This document shows positions 1 through 11,819 of a stretch of DNA of 33,916 nucleotides, piece after piece. A program made the position numbers and the translations under genes. The stretch is from Octopus bimaculoides (Eukaryota): positions 22,890,465-22,924,380 of the forward strand of contig NC_068986.1 in NCBI RefSeq assembly GCF_001194135.2. Direction: 5' to 3'. The notes under the pieces are model-generated. The model searched no databases and was not told the origin of the DNA. It saw only the letters and a list, made by a program, of their open reading frames with translations. How positions within the stretch are numbered: position 1 is the first letter of the stretch; every line of letters starts with the position of its first letter.

Positions 1-38
<38 letters not shown>

Positions 39-310
39 CACACACACACACGGACGCACATGCACATGTGCGCACACACTATTTTAAGTAATGAAGAAAG
101 AATTTCATTATGTAAGATGTTTTTATTAATATATGGTATGTGAATAGCTTAATAAATAGTTTAAAACTCCCATATGTATGCATGTATGTACGTATGTATG
201 CATGTATGTGTATGTGTGCGTATGTATGCATGTATATATGTATGTAAGTGCGTGTGTATGTTGGTGTGGGTGTGTATGTATGTGTGTATGTATAATGTGT
301 ATGTTTGTCT
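1..310. repeat. (CA)n and (TATG/TGTA)n microsatellites
   Basis: Direct read. Similar arrays occur at ~13550-13900, 15500-15750, 18740-19085, 25600-26030, 31600-31810 and 33850-33916. Confidence 0.95.
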
Positions 311-655
311 CTAGGGATGTATGTATAAGTGGTCATTAGCACAGTCGTTGGAACGTCTGAGAGATTGTTTTGCGATAATCGTTTCAACTTTCTACGCTCT
401 TATTTCAAATCCGACGGGGACCAACACGTCCTTTCATTCTTGCAGGATCGATAAACTTAGAACCACTCCCACATTGTGGTCGATGGTTCTTCTATTTCTC
501 TCTCTCTCTCTCTGTTTTTCTCTCTGGAAGAAATCTGTCGCAGTTAGACCGAGAGAGATAAGGACTCTATCAAATCTAAAAATGTCCAAGATACGCCTTA
601 TATCATGATGGTACCCTTACAACTCCATTGCGGTGCTGAAAACCCAAGGCAAAGC

Positions 656-688
<33 letters not shown>

Positions 689-712
689 TGTATGTATGTA
701 TGTATGTATGTG

Positions 713-951
713 CACACCTTTGAATGCAGTGTATGCCAGGAGGTTTACAAATCTAACGGTGGTCGCAAAAGACATTTTAAGATCCACAAAGATCAGAACA
801 TATCTGCAGCTCTTGGTGGTCCAAACCGGAGGTGCAATCTATGTGGGTGTCTTTTCAGAACATTGTCTGGTTTAAAAAGTCACATCAGATGGTTCTAAGG
901 TGTAGGTACAGGAGGTGGTCAAAATCTGCATAATGAATAGACAATCACGAC
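713..951 (+). mobile_element. 5'-truncated non-LTR retrotransposon 3' end (RTE-like) encoding C-terminal C2H2-type fingers, embedded in (TATG)n
   Basis: Frame reads CSVCQEVYKSNGGRKRHFKIH...CNLCGCLFRTLSGLKSHIRWF* with the stop at 898 and a short ~50-nt tail. (TATG)n lies on both sides and there is no TGEKP linker. Confidence 0.6.
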
Positions 952-954
952 ATG

Positions 955-985
<31 letters not shown>

Positions 986-1080
986 TCATGTATGTAATCA
1001 TGTATGTATATTTGTACGAATATGAATGCACGTATATATATATTTTAGTGTGTATGGCGAAATTGGCCTTTAGTTTACGA

Positions 1081-1153
1081 ACCAATCGCATCCGCTGAGC
1101 TGCCAATGACGTCCGACTTCTTAAGACTGCTGCCCCAATGAGTATTAATATAA
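1081..1153 (+). promoter_or_regulatory. Candidate promoter: three CCAAT boxes, a TGACGT motif and a TATA-like tattaatataa
   Basis: CCAAT at 1082, 1103 and 1135. Motif evidence only. Confidence 0.25.
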
Positions 1154-2945
1154 CAGAATAATCTCAAAAGTAGTTACATCCTGTACTGCAATGCTCCCTG
1201 CATATTTCTTCTCCCTACAATGTTCTAATAGTAGCTGTTGTCTGGACCCGTCCATCATCTTTTTATTTGGCTATCTTTTTTAGTAGCTATTTTCTGAAAT
1301 ATATTCAAGCTTCTAATAATTTAAAATTGGTCCCAGAAAAAGTTCAGAAAAGATCAAGACGCCATGTTTTTTAAAAATTTTTTTATCCTAATTCATTATT
1401 TTCTGTTTATTCGTTACCATTATTACTATATGAAATTACTGGAAATATTTTAGTCAATCCCATGATAATAATAGTCATACTAGATACTAGGGACAGAAGT
1501 TAAGATGGCGTATAGTTCGACCGAATGGTTACTTTTGTAATGCTACAGAATGGAACACTTATCTTTGCTTATTTTTATATCAGTTGGCATGCAATGGCTT
1601 GTAGTTATGTGTGTTTGTGATTTTAATGTTTCTACTACACAGGTGGAGATGTCTTAACTAAAACACTGTTTTCATATAAAATCAATGATTTGTATCAAGT
1701 TAGCGCTGTTTGTCTCTTTTTGTTTTTAGAAAATTCATTGAGATGTCTTTTGTGATTTCTCAGCATAAATTATTTGAGACTTACGGCCAGTACGAAGAAC
1801 ATCATTATCGAAAGATTGCACCCCCACCTCTCTCTCTCTTATTTCCCACATATCTAAATGTAGTTTTAGGACGCCTATCCATCTGTAATCTATTTTGTTT
1901 CATATAAACAGACTTTTCAATGGTGGAGCTATTTAGTATTAGATATTTACCTGCTAATTGTACCTGACTTTGTATATCAATAACTTCATTCTGAGCTACC
2001 TAGTTGTACATATGACCCTTATCCAACAAAAAACCCCTAGTGTTGACTGAAAGAAAGCTAATACGCCTTGAACTTTCCTTTCTGGCTTGAAGTGTTTCCT
2101 GGATTCATAAATTTTCATCGGTAGTTCACACTTATATCGATGATTCCTTTTAGCTTGTTTTTATCCATAACGTCCTCCTTTATCATCAATTCATTAGAAT
2201 ATAAACAAGGGATCCTGTAGCAGAAAACTGCTTTATTATTTATAATAAATATGTCACCAGACATTGTTAAAATCGTCTTTGTGACTGTCTTTCCAATTAT
2301 GCATATACACAAGCAGTTGTTTACGTTGTGGATATAATTTTGACATCAACCAAACTATTTTTCTAAATGCGTTGATATATATTCGTCGTTTCGTTAGCGT
2401 GTGAATTTTGGATTTTAGTACTGTTATTGTTTAAAATGTTGCTATTATCAATTTGCACGAGAACGTCTATGTATTTAGGGCTCATGGCAGTAACAATTCT
2501 CAGCTTTAAAGCTAACTGCCACGATTTCTACTAAATATAGAAGAGTTGATTCTTCAATTTATCATGAGATGTGATTGCATTTGTAACTTTGCGCCTTTTA
2601 TTTGTTTGTATAAAATTGATAACGTTCAAATAATTGCTCACTGTTTAATTGCTCACTAAATTCACACTTCTTGCGCTCAGTAAAGGCTTTTAATGGAAAT
2701 CAGTTTCATTGTAAAATAACTTTCGGTTATTCTAGGAGTATTTTCATATACTCAACCGATGGATGGATCCTCTTATAACGTTCGAAACAAGACAAAGTAG
2801 ACTTTATAGCATGAGTGGATACATCGACTATAGACTAACCTGTTACTTTGGGATTTAAAAAGGACGCTAATAGTTCTGGACCAATAGAAATAGTAACAAA
2901 GATATTTAAAAATACAAAACAGTAAAAAGAAATAATTTTGATTAA

Positions 2946-3876
2946 AATATTCCGATCTAGTTCAAAACGGGGGCACCAGTACTTTCTTAACGAAACACTT
3001 TGAAACTTGGGACACTGGTAGAATGTATCATATAAAACATCTTTTTCTCTTAGTCTTCTTAAGAAAAATTATTATATTGCAATTTATTTCATGTTAAAGT
3101 TGTCGTATTTCTGTAATTTCAACCAATGACTGACGTCCATTCAGCCGAACACATTAAGTGCTGACTACGTAAACAAACGATTCTCAAACGATTCTGGCGG
3201 TGATAAAATTACTATTTCCTTGTCAAAAAATGGCTGAAGCATATTGGCAGTAGCTAATAAACCTTTCTATTATAGGCACAAGGCCTGGTTTTTGAGGGAA
3301 GGAGCAAATCAATTAGGGTTAGGGTTAGGGAAAACGAACACACGTGTGTTGCCTCTCTGCAAAATGTCNNNNNNNNNNNNNNNNNNNNNNNNNNNNNNNN
3401 NNNNNNNNNNNNNNNNNNNNNNNNNNNNNNNNNNNNNNNNNNNNNNNNNNNNNNNNNNNNNNNNNNNNNNNNNNNNNNNNNNNNNNNNNNNNNNNNNNNN
3501 NNNNNNNNNNNNNNNNNNNNNNNNNNNNNNNNNNNNNNNNNNNNNNNNNNNNNNNNNNNNNNNNNNNNNNNNNNNNNNNNNNNNNNNNNNNNNNNNNNNN
3601 NNNNNNNNNNNNNNNNNNTGGAGATTAAATACGCTTTACACCGCTTAAACTGCCAAAGGAGTAACTGTAAACAGCTGAATACTTGTCAGTGATTGGTTGA
3701 AATTATCGAAATAAGACAATTTTTTACATGAAATTAATTCGAATACAAAAATTTTTTTCTGTTCTATAACACAAAATAGATAAGTATACGAAGTTTGAAA
3801 GTCTTTCGGTACCAAAAACACTACATAAAACATAAATGAAAACTGGTGCCCCCGTTTTGAACTAGATCCAAATATT
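2946..3876. mobile_element. ~930-bp non-autonomous element with long imperfect inverted arms (~200 bp)
   Basis: Perfect 27-bp inverted repeat gatctagttcaaaacgggggcaccagt (2954-2980 vs 3842-3868). Inner arms (~3075-3145 vs ~3674-3750) are also complementary. The centre contains an N gap. Confidence 0.75.
3313..3330 (+). repeat. (TTAGGG)3 telomere-like micro-array
   Basis: Direct read, adjacent to a minus-strand family A SINE tail (~3260-3312). Confidence 0.7.
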
Positions 3877-4436
3877 CGGGCATTAAAAAAAATTTCCAAC
3901 AATCCCTATTTTTGTATTTATTCACCTTAGGGAACCTATTTCAATAGAACTCCATTGTACTGCATTCAGATTTCGCTAAGATTGACTTCAAATTTTAAAC
4001 GCACGATATTGTTGAATGTAAAATTTAACACTATTCTCCTTCGCAATAATCGCATGCGTCCTGCGTTAGAAAGCGACTAATATATTTTTGTAATGAACGC
4101 TGATTGCAAGGGACAAACTCCTGCGACTGGGTTTCAATTCTCGTTTGATTCATGTGCGTCTTAATTACGTCCTTAATGTCTCAAGGAAAAAAACTTGAAT
4201 GTCGATATCTTCCGTAAATTAGAATCTTTTCTGCTTTGTCAAAAGTAACACACTACCTTTTGTGATACGGACAAATTTATGGAAGAGTAAGTTTTCTGAG
4301 AAACGAGCTGGTTTCGATTCCCAGTCGAACCATGTGAAATCATGTTTTCTACCTTTAAAATAAGAATTCTTTGTGCTAGTAACAAATTTATCAGTATTCC
4401 TGACTAACGTAAAGTTATCTTTGTTCTTTATTTCAG

Positions 4437-4583
4437 AAGTGACCGGTAAACTTGAAACATCAAGCTGTTACTTTAGCGGACGTTTTTATAAAGATGGTGA
4501 CACGTGGCAACAAGACAAATGTACCCTCTGTACCTGTACAAATGGTGAAATGTCTTGTGACATTCTTGAAGGTTGCATAAATG
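4437..4583 (+). CDS. Collagen exon: truncated VWC (chordin-like) module
   Basis: tttcag|AA GTG...AAT G|gtaagt, 147 nt, phase 1-1. Encodes [49 protein letters not shown], which matches the C-x4-Y-x2-G-x2-W-x3/4-C-x2-C-x-C-x2-G-x3-C pattern. Confidence 0.88.
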
Positions 4584-4666
4584 GTAAGTTATGGCGTTTT
4601 TATCATCAGAAAACTTATTATTATTTCATATACGCACAAGAGATCAAACTGTTGGAAATTATTATT

Positions 4667-4697
<31 letters not shown>

Positions 4698-7600
4698 TTA
4701 TTACTATCATTATCAAAGCGGCGAGCAGCCAGAATTGTTAATACGCTAGACAAAATGGTTCGCAGCATTTCGTCTGTCTTTACGTTCTGAGTTCAAATTC
4801 TGCTGAGGTCGACTTTGCCTTTCATCCTTTCGGGGTCGATAAAATAAGGACCAGTCGAGCACTGGATTCGATGTAATCGACTTATAGCCTCACCCCAAAA
4901 CTGCTAGCCTTGTACCAAAACTTGAAACCATTATTATTATTATCATTATCATCAAGACTTCGAACTCCCACAATCGCCAGCATGCTGGATAAAATGCTTA
5001 GTGGCATTTCGTTCGTCTTGGTGTTCTGAGCACAAATTCTGCCGAGGTCTACNNNNNNNNNNNNNNNNNNNNNNNNNNNNNNNNNNNNNNNNNNNNNNNN
5101 NNNNNNNNNNNNNNNNNNNNNNNNNNNNNNNNNNNNNNNNNNNNNNNNNNNNNNNNNNNNNNNNNNNNNNNNNNNNNNNNNNNNNNNNNNATTATTATTA
5201 TTATTATTATTATTATTAAGGCGGCGAGCTGGTAGATGGGCAAAATGCTTCGCAGCGTTTCGCCCGTCTTTGGACGTTCCGAGTTCAAATTCCGTCGAGG
5301 TCGGCTTTGCTTTTTATCGTTTTGGGTTCGATGAAATAAGCTCAGCGCTGGGGTCCCTTAAAACCGCATTCAAGATATGACTGTTAGTGGAGGAAAAGGG
5401 TCGCACCAGTACGAGACTGTTACTTTTTTTTATCAATTCCATAAGGATTAAAATTAAAATCGAACCCAGCCATATATGAACTCAGGCCACGGAAGACCGA
5501 ATAATTTACTCTGACAACTTAGCCAGTTGGTTACCTTAATACATTAATGCATTACACACACACACACACACACGCTACAATCACACATACAATCATATAT
5601 ACATACACACACACACATGTACATACAGGAGTGGGCAAAAATAGATATACAGTTGCTGAATGAATGCTCTTTTCATTTCTCTGTTTCTATGATTCTATAC
5701 TGTATATCTACTTCTGCCCACCCCTGTATAATATCATACACACACACACACACATACGCGCGCGCGCGCGCACACACAACACAAACACATTCTGAGTTCA
5801 AATCGAGCCGAGGTCAACCTACCCTTTTTTAATCTTTCAAGAGTCGATAAAATAGGTACCACGCAAGGTATTCAGGACCATCTGTAATCAACTTGTCCCA
5901 CTACCCCCAACAAAATATGGGTTGGAGGCAACGTACTTCTACGCACAGAAAAATTAAACTATTGACGCAACTAGCATTTATCATGTCTCGAGAAAATTGA
6001 ACAATAACATAAAAATTAAGCGTCTATGTATATTAATCCTCTTCTTTCTTACTTTTTGTTTCACTTCAGATAAGACTTCAGCGGTAAGAGAAATGGCTAT
6101 GTTTAATTCGGAATGTCTTCACTATGTTGATTGATATCATTTATTCTCTCTAATTATATTCCAGAGCATGTTTAGATTGAAGTTACTCTCACTCAGTGAA
6201 AATACCTGGAATGTATACAAGCTCTCCTAAATGGCTCTCTCTCTCTCTATTTTTTCTCGATTTTCTCTCTATCTGAACCTCTCTCTCTCTCCCCTACTCT
6301 TTTCGACTCCCTTCTCTTCCTCTCTTTCTTGAGGTATTTTTCATTCATTCTCTCTCTCTCTCTCTCTCTGTCTATCTATCCTTTTTATTTTTGATTAACA
6401 GAAATTACAAAGTGACTCAAAGTCTGAGAGTTTTGTGCATGCAAACATTAAAAGAAGTACATATACTCATGTTTTGAGTTCTATTTACTCTGTTTGAACT
6501 TCCAAACCTATATACATACATACATACATACATNNNNNNNNNNNNNNNNNNNNNTATATATATATATATATATATATATAAAGAAAAAAATGTTTGGAGG
6601 TCTTTATCATAGAACACAGAAAGACAATATTTATATTTTTTAACTAAGCAGCACCCGGTTATATATACAGAAAGAATAGGGGTTGCTCCATCTTGTCTCA
6701 TCTAAGACGTGCGTACTTCATTGGATTACGGTGGCATACCAATGTAAGTCACTCCCTAAGGATCAGAGCAAGATGACCTGAATCTATTTCAACCGCAGAT
6801 TTATACCGGAAAGCTTTCTCATAAGCTTCTCTAATGAAATGAGAATATGCCCAAAACATATCCAAAGTTATCTCCCTTCCTCGTCAGAAAAATCAAGAGA
6901 TAATATCAGTCACTGACCAATATTTTCATATAGAATTTCTCCACTACATATTTATATCTGGTTTCTGTTTTATTATCTCATTATTCAGTGTAGTATTACC
7001 TTAGGGATTTTTTTCAAAGTTTAACTGCAATCCAACTATCTGTCCTCGGAAGCTTTTAGCTACAATTTCAGCTGGGATTACTTATTATCTATCCGGCCTG
7101 CAGTCGTATTTCTTGTTAATGTCTTTCTTAATCTTTCCCATAACTAAATTTATGCCTGTCTATCGCTCCTTATCTACTTCTATCTAACCCTTTTTATTTA
7201 CGTCTGTGTATATCATTTCATTCTTCTTTCTCTTTCACTATTTGCATTGAAAAAAACCTTAGTTAATAAACTTCCACTCAATTTCCTCTGTTAACTGAAA
7301 ATACTAAATAATAACAGAATGTATATGACTAAACATAACACTGCGTGGAATATATATTCATGTCATTCAGTTGAGTAATTACGTAATTGGAGATATAGAT
7401 AAATAGATAGGTAGGTTGATATATAGACTGATAGAAAAGTAGGTAGGTAGATGAGTAGATAGGTAGGTAGAAAGACAGCTAGATAGATAAATAGACAGAC
7501 AGATAAACGTACAGATAAACGTACAGATAGACAGACAAACAGATAGAAAGGTAGCTAGTTAGATAGATAGCTTTACCATTTAGCTATGAAGCTAGATTAA

Positions 7601-10600
7601 GTTCACGAGAAGTTGGTCTTGAAATCTCTGATTGGCCTGATTTCATAACTTCCACGTGTTCAAGCTACTCAAATAATAGCACTTATTGCTCTGTATATAT
7701 ATTCTTGAGGTCGTCTGCCAAATTTAAATTGACACTTGCAAACGCATGATCTATTAATAGGTACAGTTTTACATTAGCCATATCAATAAATATTAACATT
7801 AACCATCTACTAACTTAATAAACCTCACTAACATTTTTGTTTTATTTCAGTCAGGATTTCATTTAGTCTTGGTCATCGTCTTAACTCTTTTGTAAGTCCA
7901 GAGACATATGCACGCATGTATACGCGAAAGCGCATACACACAGGAACATGCACACGTGTTTATAAACGCATATGGAAGACTATTTCATAATGTTCTACAA
8001 CATTACTTGTGATTCTGTGAAATAACTGTGCAACAGTTACACTGTGGCCTGAAAAAAAATTCCTTGTTTCTTGATTGATGGTCGCCTACTTTGAATTATA
8101 GAAATACGCGCATCAAATGTTATAACTACCTCCCCTCTCCCTCTCACTCTCTCTCTCTCTCACACACACACATACACACACATACACATACACACAGCTT
8201 TGGTAAACTTGATTCAAAGCTCAAGTGAATCAGCAACCAAATAAAACACTTGACTACTCACAGCTCAAAGTCGCGAATTCAAAGCGCTGTTATCACAAGA
8301 TAAAAACACTTTTAGTTTGAATGTAGAAGTATAAATCACATAATGGCATTAATAACAGTTTTTTTTTTGCATGTATAATATGTATGTATGTACTAACATA
8401 TGTAGTTGTATGTCTAGTGTGTATATACTGACTGTATATATAACGTAACGAAAAATATTTTTCTTTTACGTATGGATATATCTAAAACAAGGATTGCGTG
8501 TAGGAAAAGTTTTCACTCCACCACCCCATATACAAGAATAAAGAAAATGAGATTTAATACGAATATGTTGGTTGAGTGAACCAAAAGAAATTTTATCTAA
8601 TGGATATTTAGTTCATAATTATACAGATTAATGAAGCGTGTGAACAATAATATATTTAAAATTATCGAAGACTGATGCTACTAAAAACGAAATTGTTTAA
8701 ATGCAAAAGCCTAGTTAAAGAATGAAGATGTTTTTGTAAGAATTTTTAAAAATTGTTTACCTTAATTTTTAAATTTCTTTTCCGATTAGGCTGAAGGCCC
8801 TGATCAACAGACTGTCTACCGTTCTGTAAGTGGTATTTTTACTATTCTTTAGTATAAATTGGTTTTCTCAGGGTGTAAATATTTGGTTTAAAATCCTCTG
8901 GATATAGAAAGTCGAAGGCTGCCTTTTTCTACTGAAAGGGTTTTTCTTTAAACCCAACCATTTACACCCTATTATTTATAGCATTATAGCATTTTCTACT
9001 TCGAGTTCAAAGTGAAAAACGAAGTATTCACGTTCTCTCGAAGTATTTAAATTCAAATGGTGTAAACGATGTATACGAAGTTATTTCTATTCTTTTTACA
9101 AATGAAAAAAGTACGAAAATTGGTTTGAAAAAAAACAAACAAATAAAAACAAAACAAAAACAGAAACAAAGAAATGTTTCCTTGATTATGTAAAATATGT
9201 ATTTTTACTTTGTTATATAAGTAATCATTTTCAAATGTTAGCAATCACTACTCTTAAATCACTAACTATTTCGTGAATTATTATTGAAGTTGAAACGAAA
9301 AATAGTTTAATAACCATCAGACATTCCAATAATCTTTGCAAGAAAAAATGAGACTTTCATTTCACAAAAGATTATTTCCGATATTCTTGACAGGTATCGA
9401 ATTTGGATCAAATATCGATCCAAAGATGGCTTTAAATATGTTCTTTCGTAGTATCTTAGTGTTTGTTTTGGTGAATTTCAGAGTCAGCAATGGCAGACTA
9501 TCTTTTTGTTTGCCATATTCTATAAGCTTGACTATATCAAACAATAAAACTATATTCCCACAGGAATAATGAAAAGTCATAGCAACAAAATGAATGTTTT
9601 TATTTATTTATCTATTTTTCTGCGTAACTCATTAAAAAAAATAATCTGAATTTTTTCACAGGGACCACCTGGAAACCAGGGATCAGAAGGACTTCCAGGA
9701 AGACAAGGAGAGAGGGTAAGAATTTATTTTATTCGTTTTTATTTAGGTCCTAATAAGTGTTTACCACCAAATACAAAACAATTAGAATATATTTTTTTAC
9801 TATAAACACTATTACAAATGAAAGCCTGAGACATACTCATTAATGACCACTTCATTAAAATGCTGAGTCAAAATTATTTCCCAAGTCATTCAAATCTTTA
9901 TTTAGATGACTAGAATAATGGAATATAGGTTATATATAGTGGTGCAGTACTATCTCTTTAAAAATCCAAAAGGCCGCTGAAACAATTTCTGGCGAAAAAT
10001 CTGCCTCCATTTAAATGGTTGAAACTTTTGCTATATATGGAATATTTCATTTCCACCTGAACTATTTGATTGTTGGTATGTGGTCTTTGGCCTGTATCTT
10101 TTGAAGCATTGAAGCAATTCAAAGCTCACGTGTAGATATTTTAGCCTCAGAGCAACTTTTACTGAAAATTGCTTAAAAGCAAACAAAATATTAGATTTGA
10201 GATTTGTAATGATTTTATTGAGGAGAAGGCTGCATGTAACTTAATCAAGCGATTCTGTTTTCTGAGAGATTCGGAGCTAAGGAAATTGATGTAAGGACAT
10301 CTTAATAATTAGCTTTGCCAAATGCCATTTGAATAGTCACAGAAAGCTAATACTGGGAAATATTTGAATATTGTAACTGTAGAAGAAATTATTGAAACAA
10401 AGCTGGTTTTAGTAGCGATTGGTATTTGCGGTTTAATATTGAAAAGTGTTGCAACGTTTAAAAGTATGAAGTATCGGGTTTAGGGCTGAAGATTCGTGAA
10501 TTACAAGCCGGTCACCAGCGTGGACATAGTAATGACTTCGCCAACACTGTTCCGTTTACCTTGTAAAGTGGAGAGAAAGAGAAACGGACGACGTATAGCT

Positions 10601-10899
10601 CAGTGCCTGGGTGTGGAACTTAATAAAAGCTGACGATGACCAGGTTGAAGGTTTACAATACTGAGATCCAATCCTATCCTTTCACATAAGAATACATACG
10701 TGAAAGAGAAAAACGGTTGATCGCTTTAAACAGTTTGAAAGAACACATTCCTAGCAAGTGTGTATTACATACACTAACAACTGTACACAGTTAACACGCA
10801 AACATATAAAAGAACTTTTGAAATGTGAGACAGCTACAACTATCGGCGTCACAGCGAAAGAGGAAAGCTACAGTAATAGTGACATTAGACGCCATCACG

Positions 10900-10965
<66 letters not shown>

Positions 10966-11780
10966 GCTGAAGTTCAAAAGATAGTGCTCATGGGAACTGC
11001 CCATATCCTAAGTAAAATACTGTCTATGTGATCTCAAATTTTAAAGCAAACACAATTTTCTTATGGTTTCTTAAACATTCACTTGAACAAAACTGTACAA
11101 ATCCAAATATATGGTACCCTAGGCATAACACCTACATGAACTTNNNNNNNNNNNNNNNNNNNNNNNNNNNNNNNNNNNNNNNNNNNNNNNNNNNNNNNNN
11201 NNNNNNNNNNNNNNNNNNNNNNNNNNNNNNNNNNNNNNNNNNNNNNNNNNNNNNNNNNNNNNNNNNNNNNNNNNNNNNNNNNNNNNNNNNNNNNNNNNNN
11301 NNNNNNNNNNNNNNNNNNNNNNNNNNNNNNNNNNNNNNNNNNNNNNNNNNNNNNNNNNNNNNNNNNNNNNNNNNNNNNTTTCACAATATTATTTGATGCA
11401 AAAAAGAAAGAAAGAAAGAAAAATTATATCCTTTCATAGATGTATAGTAGAAACAACTGTAAATTAATTATCGAGTAAATACGATTAATTTTTAAAATTG
11501 AGCTTTTGCCATTCACAACGAGGTATTAATAATTATATGTCCAGTTCTGTTTCTATTCTCAATTTTGAATTATAGTTTTTTTTTTTTTAGCAAACGTTTA
11601 AAAAAATCCTGATATTAAGTTCCATATTACTCGCTGTCTTTGTTTCTCAGCTCGGTCCCCAAGTTAATTACCTCTGTAACCTGACCCTAGTTCCCTGCTA
11701 TATCCGCTTTTTTACCATTTACCATTTGAGTGTCACGTCTTTTCCTCCTCGCTTCCCTATAAATTTTATCCCATGTGCGC

Positions 11781-11819
<39 letters not shown>

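Noticed and set aside
605-898. Host C2H2 zinc-finger gene
   Set aside because: The N-terminal part is a translated TATG microsatellite, there are no TGEKP linkers or splice sites, and the second finger is incomplete. A LINE fragment fits better.
1643-1700. Possible exon after ctactacacag (GGDVLTKTLFSY...)
   Set aside because: No strong donor of compatible phase and no recognisable collagen-related sequence.
7851-7891. Alternative frame [13 protein letters not shown] looks like a signal peptide
   Set aside because: It ends in phase 2 and cannot join the phase-0 exon at 8790. The hydrophobicity is explained by T-rich third positions of the true frame shifting into second positions.
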